DNA from: Selaginella moellendorffii
Lineage: Eukaryota > Plantae > Lycopodiophyta
DNA: 64,000 bases
Reading direction: 5' to 3'
NCBI RefSeq assembly: GCF_000143415.4
Contig: NW_003314291.1
Span: 170,674-234,673 of the forward strand
Part shown: one piece after another, positions 63,238-64,000 of the stretch
Numbering within the stretch: the first letter of the stretch is position 1
How the letters are laid out: every line of letters starts with the position of its first letter
Notes under the pieces: generated by a model
The model's input: only the letters and a program-made list of their open reading frames with translations
Told to the model about the DNA's origin: nothing
The model's database searches: none
Translations under genes and position numbers: made by a program

Positions 63238-64000
63238 CATTTACATCTACTCTATGTTTATAAGCTTGATTATCTTAGTCAACAATGTTGTGGTTGCTCT
63301 AAGAACAAAACTAACATTCTTCTCATGTTTAGCATGTGTGGTGTTACTTCTTTACTCTATAGTTATGGTTACACTAGAACTATAATTGACTTCTTTTTCA
63401 ATAACAATACCCCATATAAACTCTTTGGTTTGAGTAAGTTTTTGAAAACCTTTATATTGTGTGCCTTTGAATCCTTTAACTTAGGTTTTGCAATTTTCTT
63501 AGTTGAGATAAACATTTGGCTACCAACCAATCTTTACACCATAGAATTGTGTTTTAATATTTAACCACAACAAAAACACAATAACCTATATAATTGTAGA
63601 GAAATGAGAGCTTGCTGCCAAAACTCTATGCTTGGGGATGAAATAGAGCTTGTGGCCAATTCTCCTTAAAGAAGATGCACACGTATAATAAAGTAGAAAA
63701 GCGATAAAAAAGCTACATAACTGAATAAAATAAAGAAGATTATACAACCTAATACCTATTGTAAGTAAATGCTAATTTTAAAATATTGTAAAATTAAAGT
63801 TTCTTTTCAACTAAACTAACTATTATGTAGCTAGTTTAACAAAATTAGTCACTTTTTGCAACAAAAAAATAAGTACAACTATGAAAAAAATTCATACACT
63901 TTTGTTGGTTTTGGAGCTTGACTTATTATTTTTTTCTTTGGACTATAGTAAATTTGGCTTCTATATTCAGGTTTCTATATTCAAATGACACCATAAATAT

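Overview
Compact, intron-rich land-plant genomic DNA, most likely the lycophyte Selaginella. This is an inference from the 45-70 nt introns, a flavodiiron gene, the PLS-PPR style and the gene density. All family assignments come from motif recall, not database searches. Positions 1-44.5 kb form a gene-dense, duplication-rich region. Intact or probably intact genes there are a class II LBD factor, two DUF3754 genes, cytosolic HSP70, a BSD-domain gene, SEP2, SEC12-like, a PLS-E PPR, an F-box gene, two orphan intronless ORFs, a small GPI-type Gly/His-rich peptide and a GH1 beta-glucosidase. The same region holds many pseudogenes or fragments: a split third DUF3754 copy, a 10-Cys hevein-like peptide, alpha/beta-hydrolase, partial BSD, 2OG-oxygenase, PIG-T, riboflavin kinase, a PPR tail, flavodiiron FLVA, BAHD and F-box. 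Positions 45-64 kb are nested transposon DNA: a decayed copia element, then a ~13 kb bidirectional element, then a decayed Sola2-like transposase. The ~13 kb element (~47.7-60.7 kb) is the main finding. One arm encodes a DUF7869/Sola-like DDE-type transposase. The other encodes a spliced multidomain protein (ParB/Srx-like, degenerate N4/N6 DNA-methyltransferase-like, acidic linker, FCP1/NIF HAD-like). The element carries more than 20 copies of a 22-bp palindrome, ATGGCRTG-N6-CAYGCCAT, in introns, UTRs and coding sequence. This suggests a ParB/parS-like self-recognition or anti-silencing system in a plant DNA transposon.
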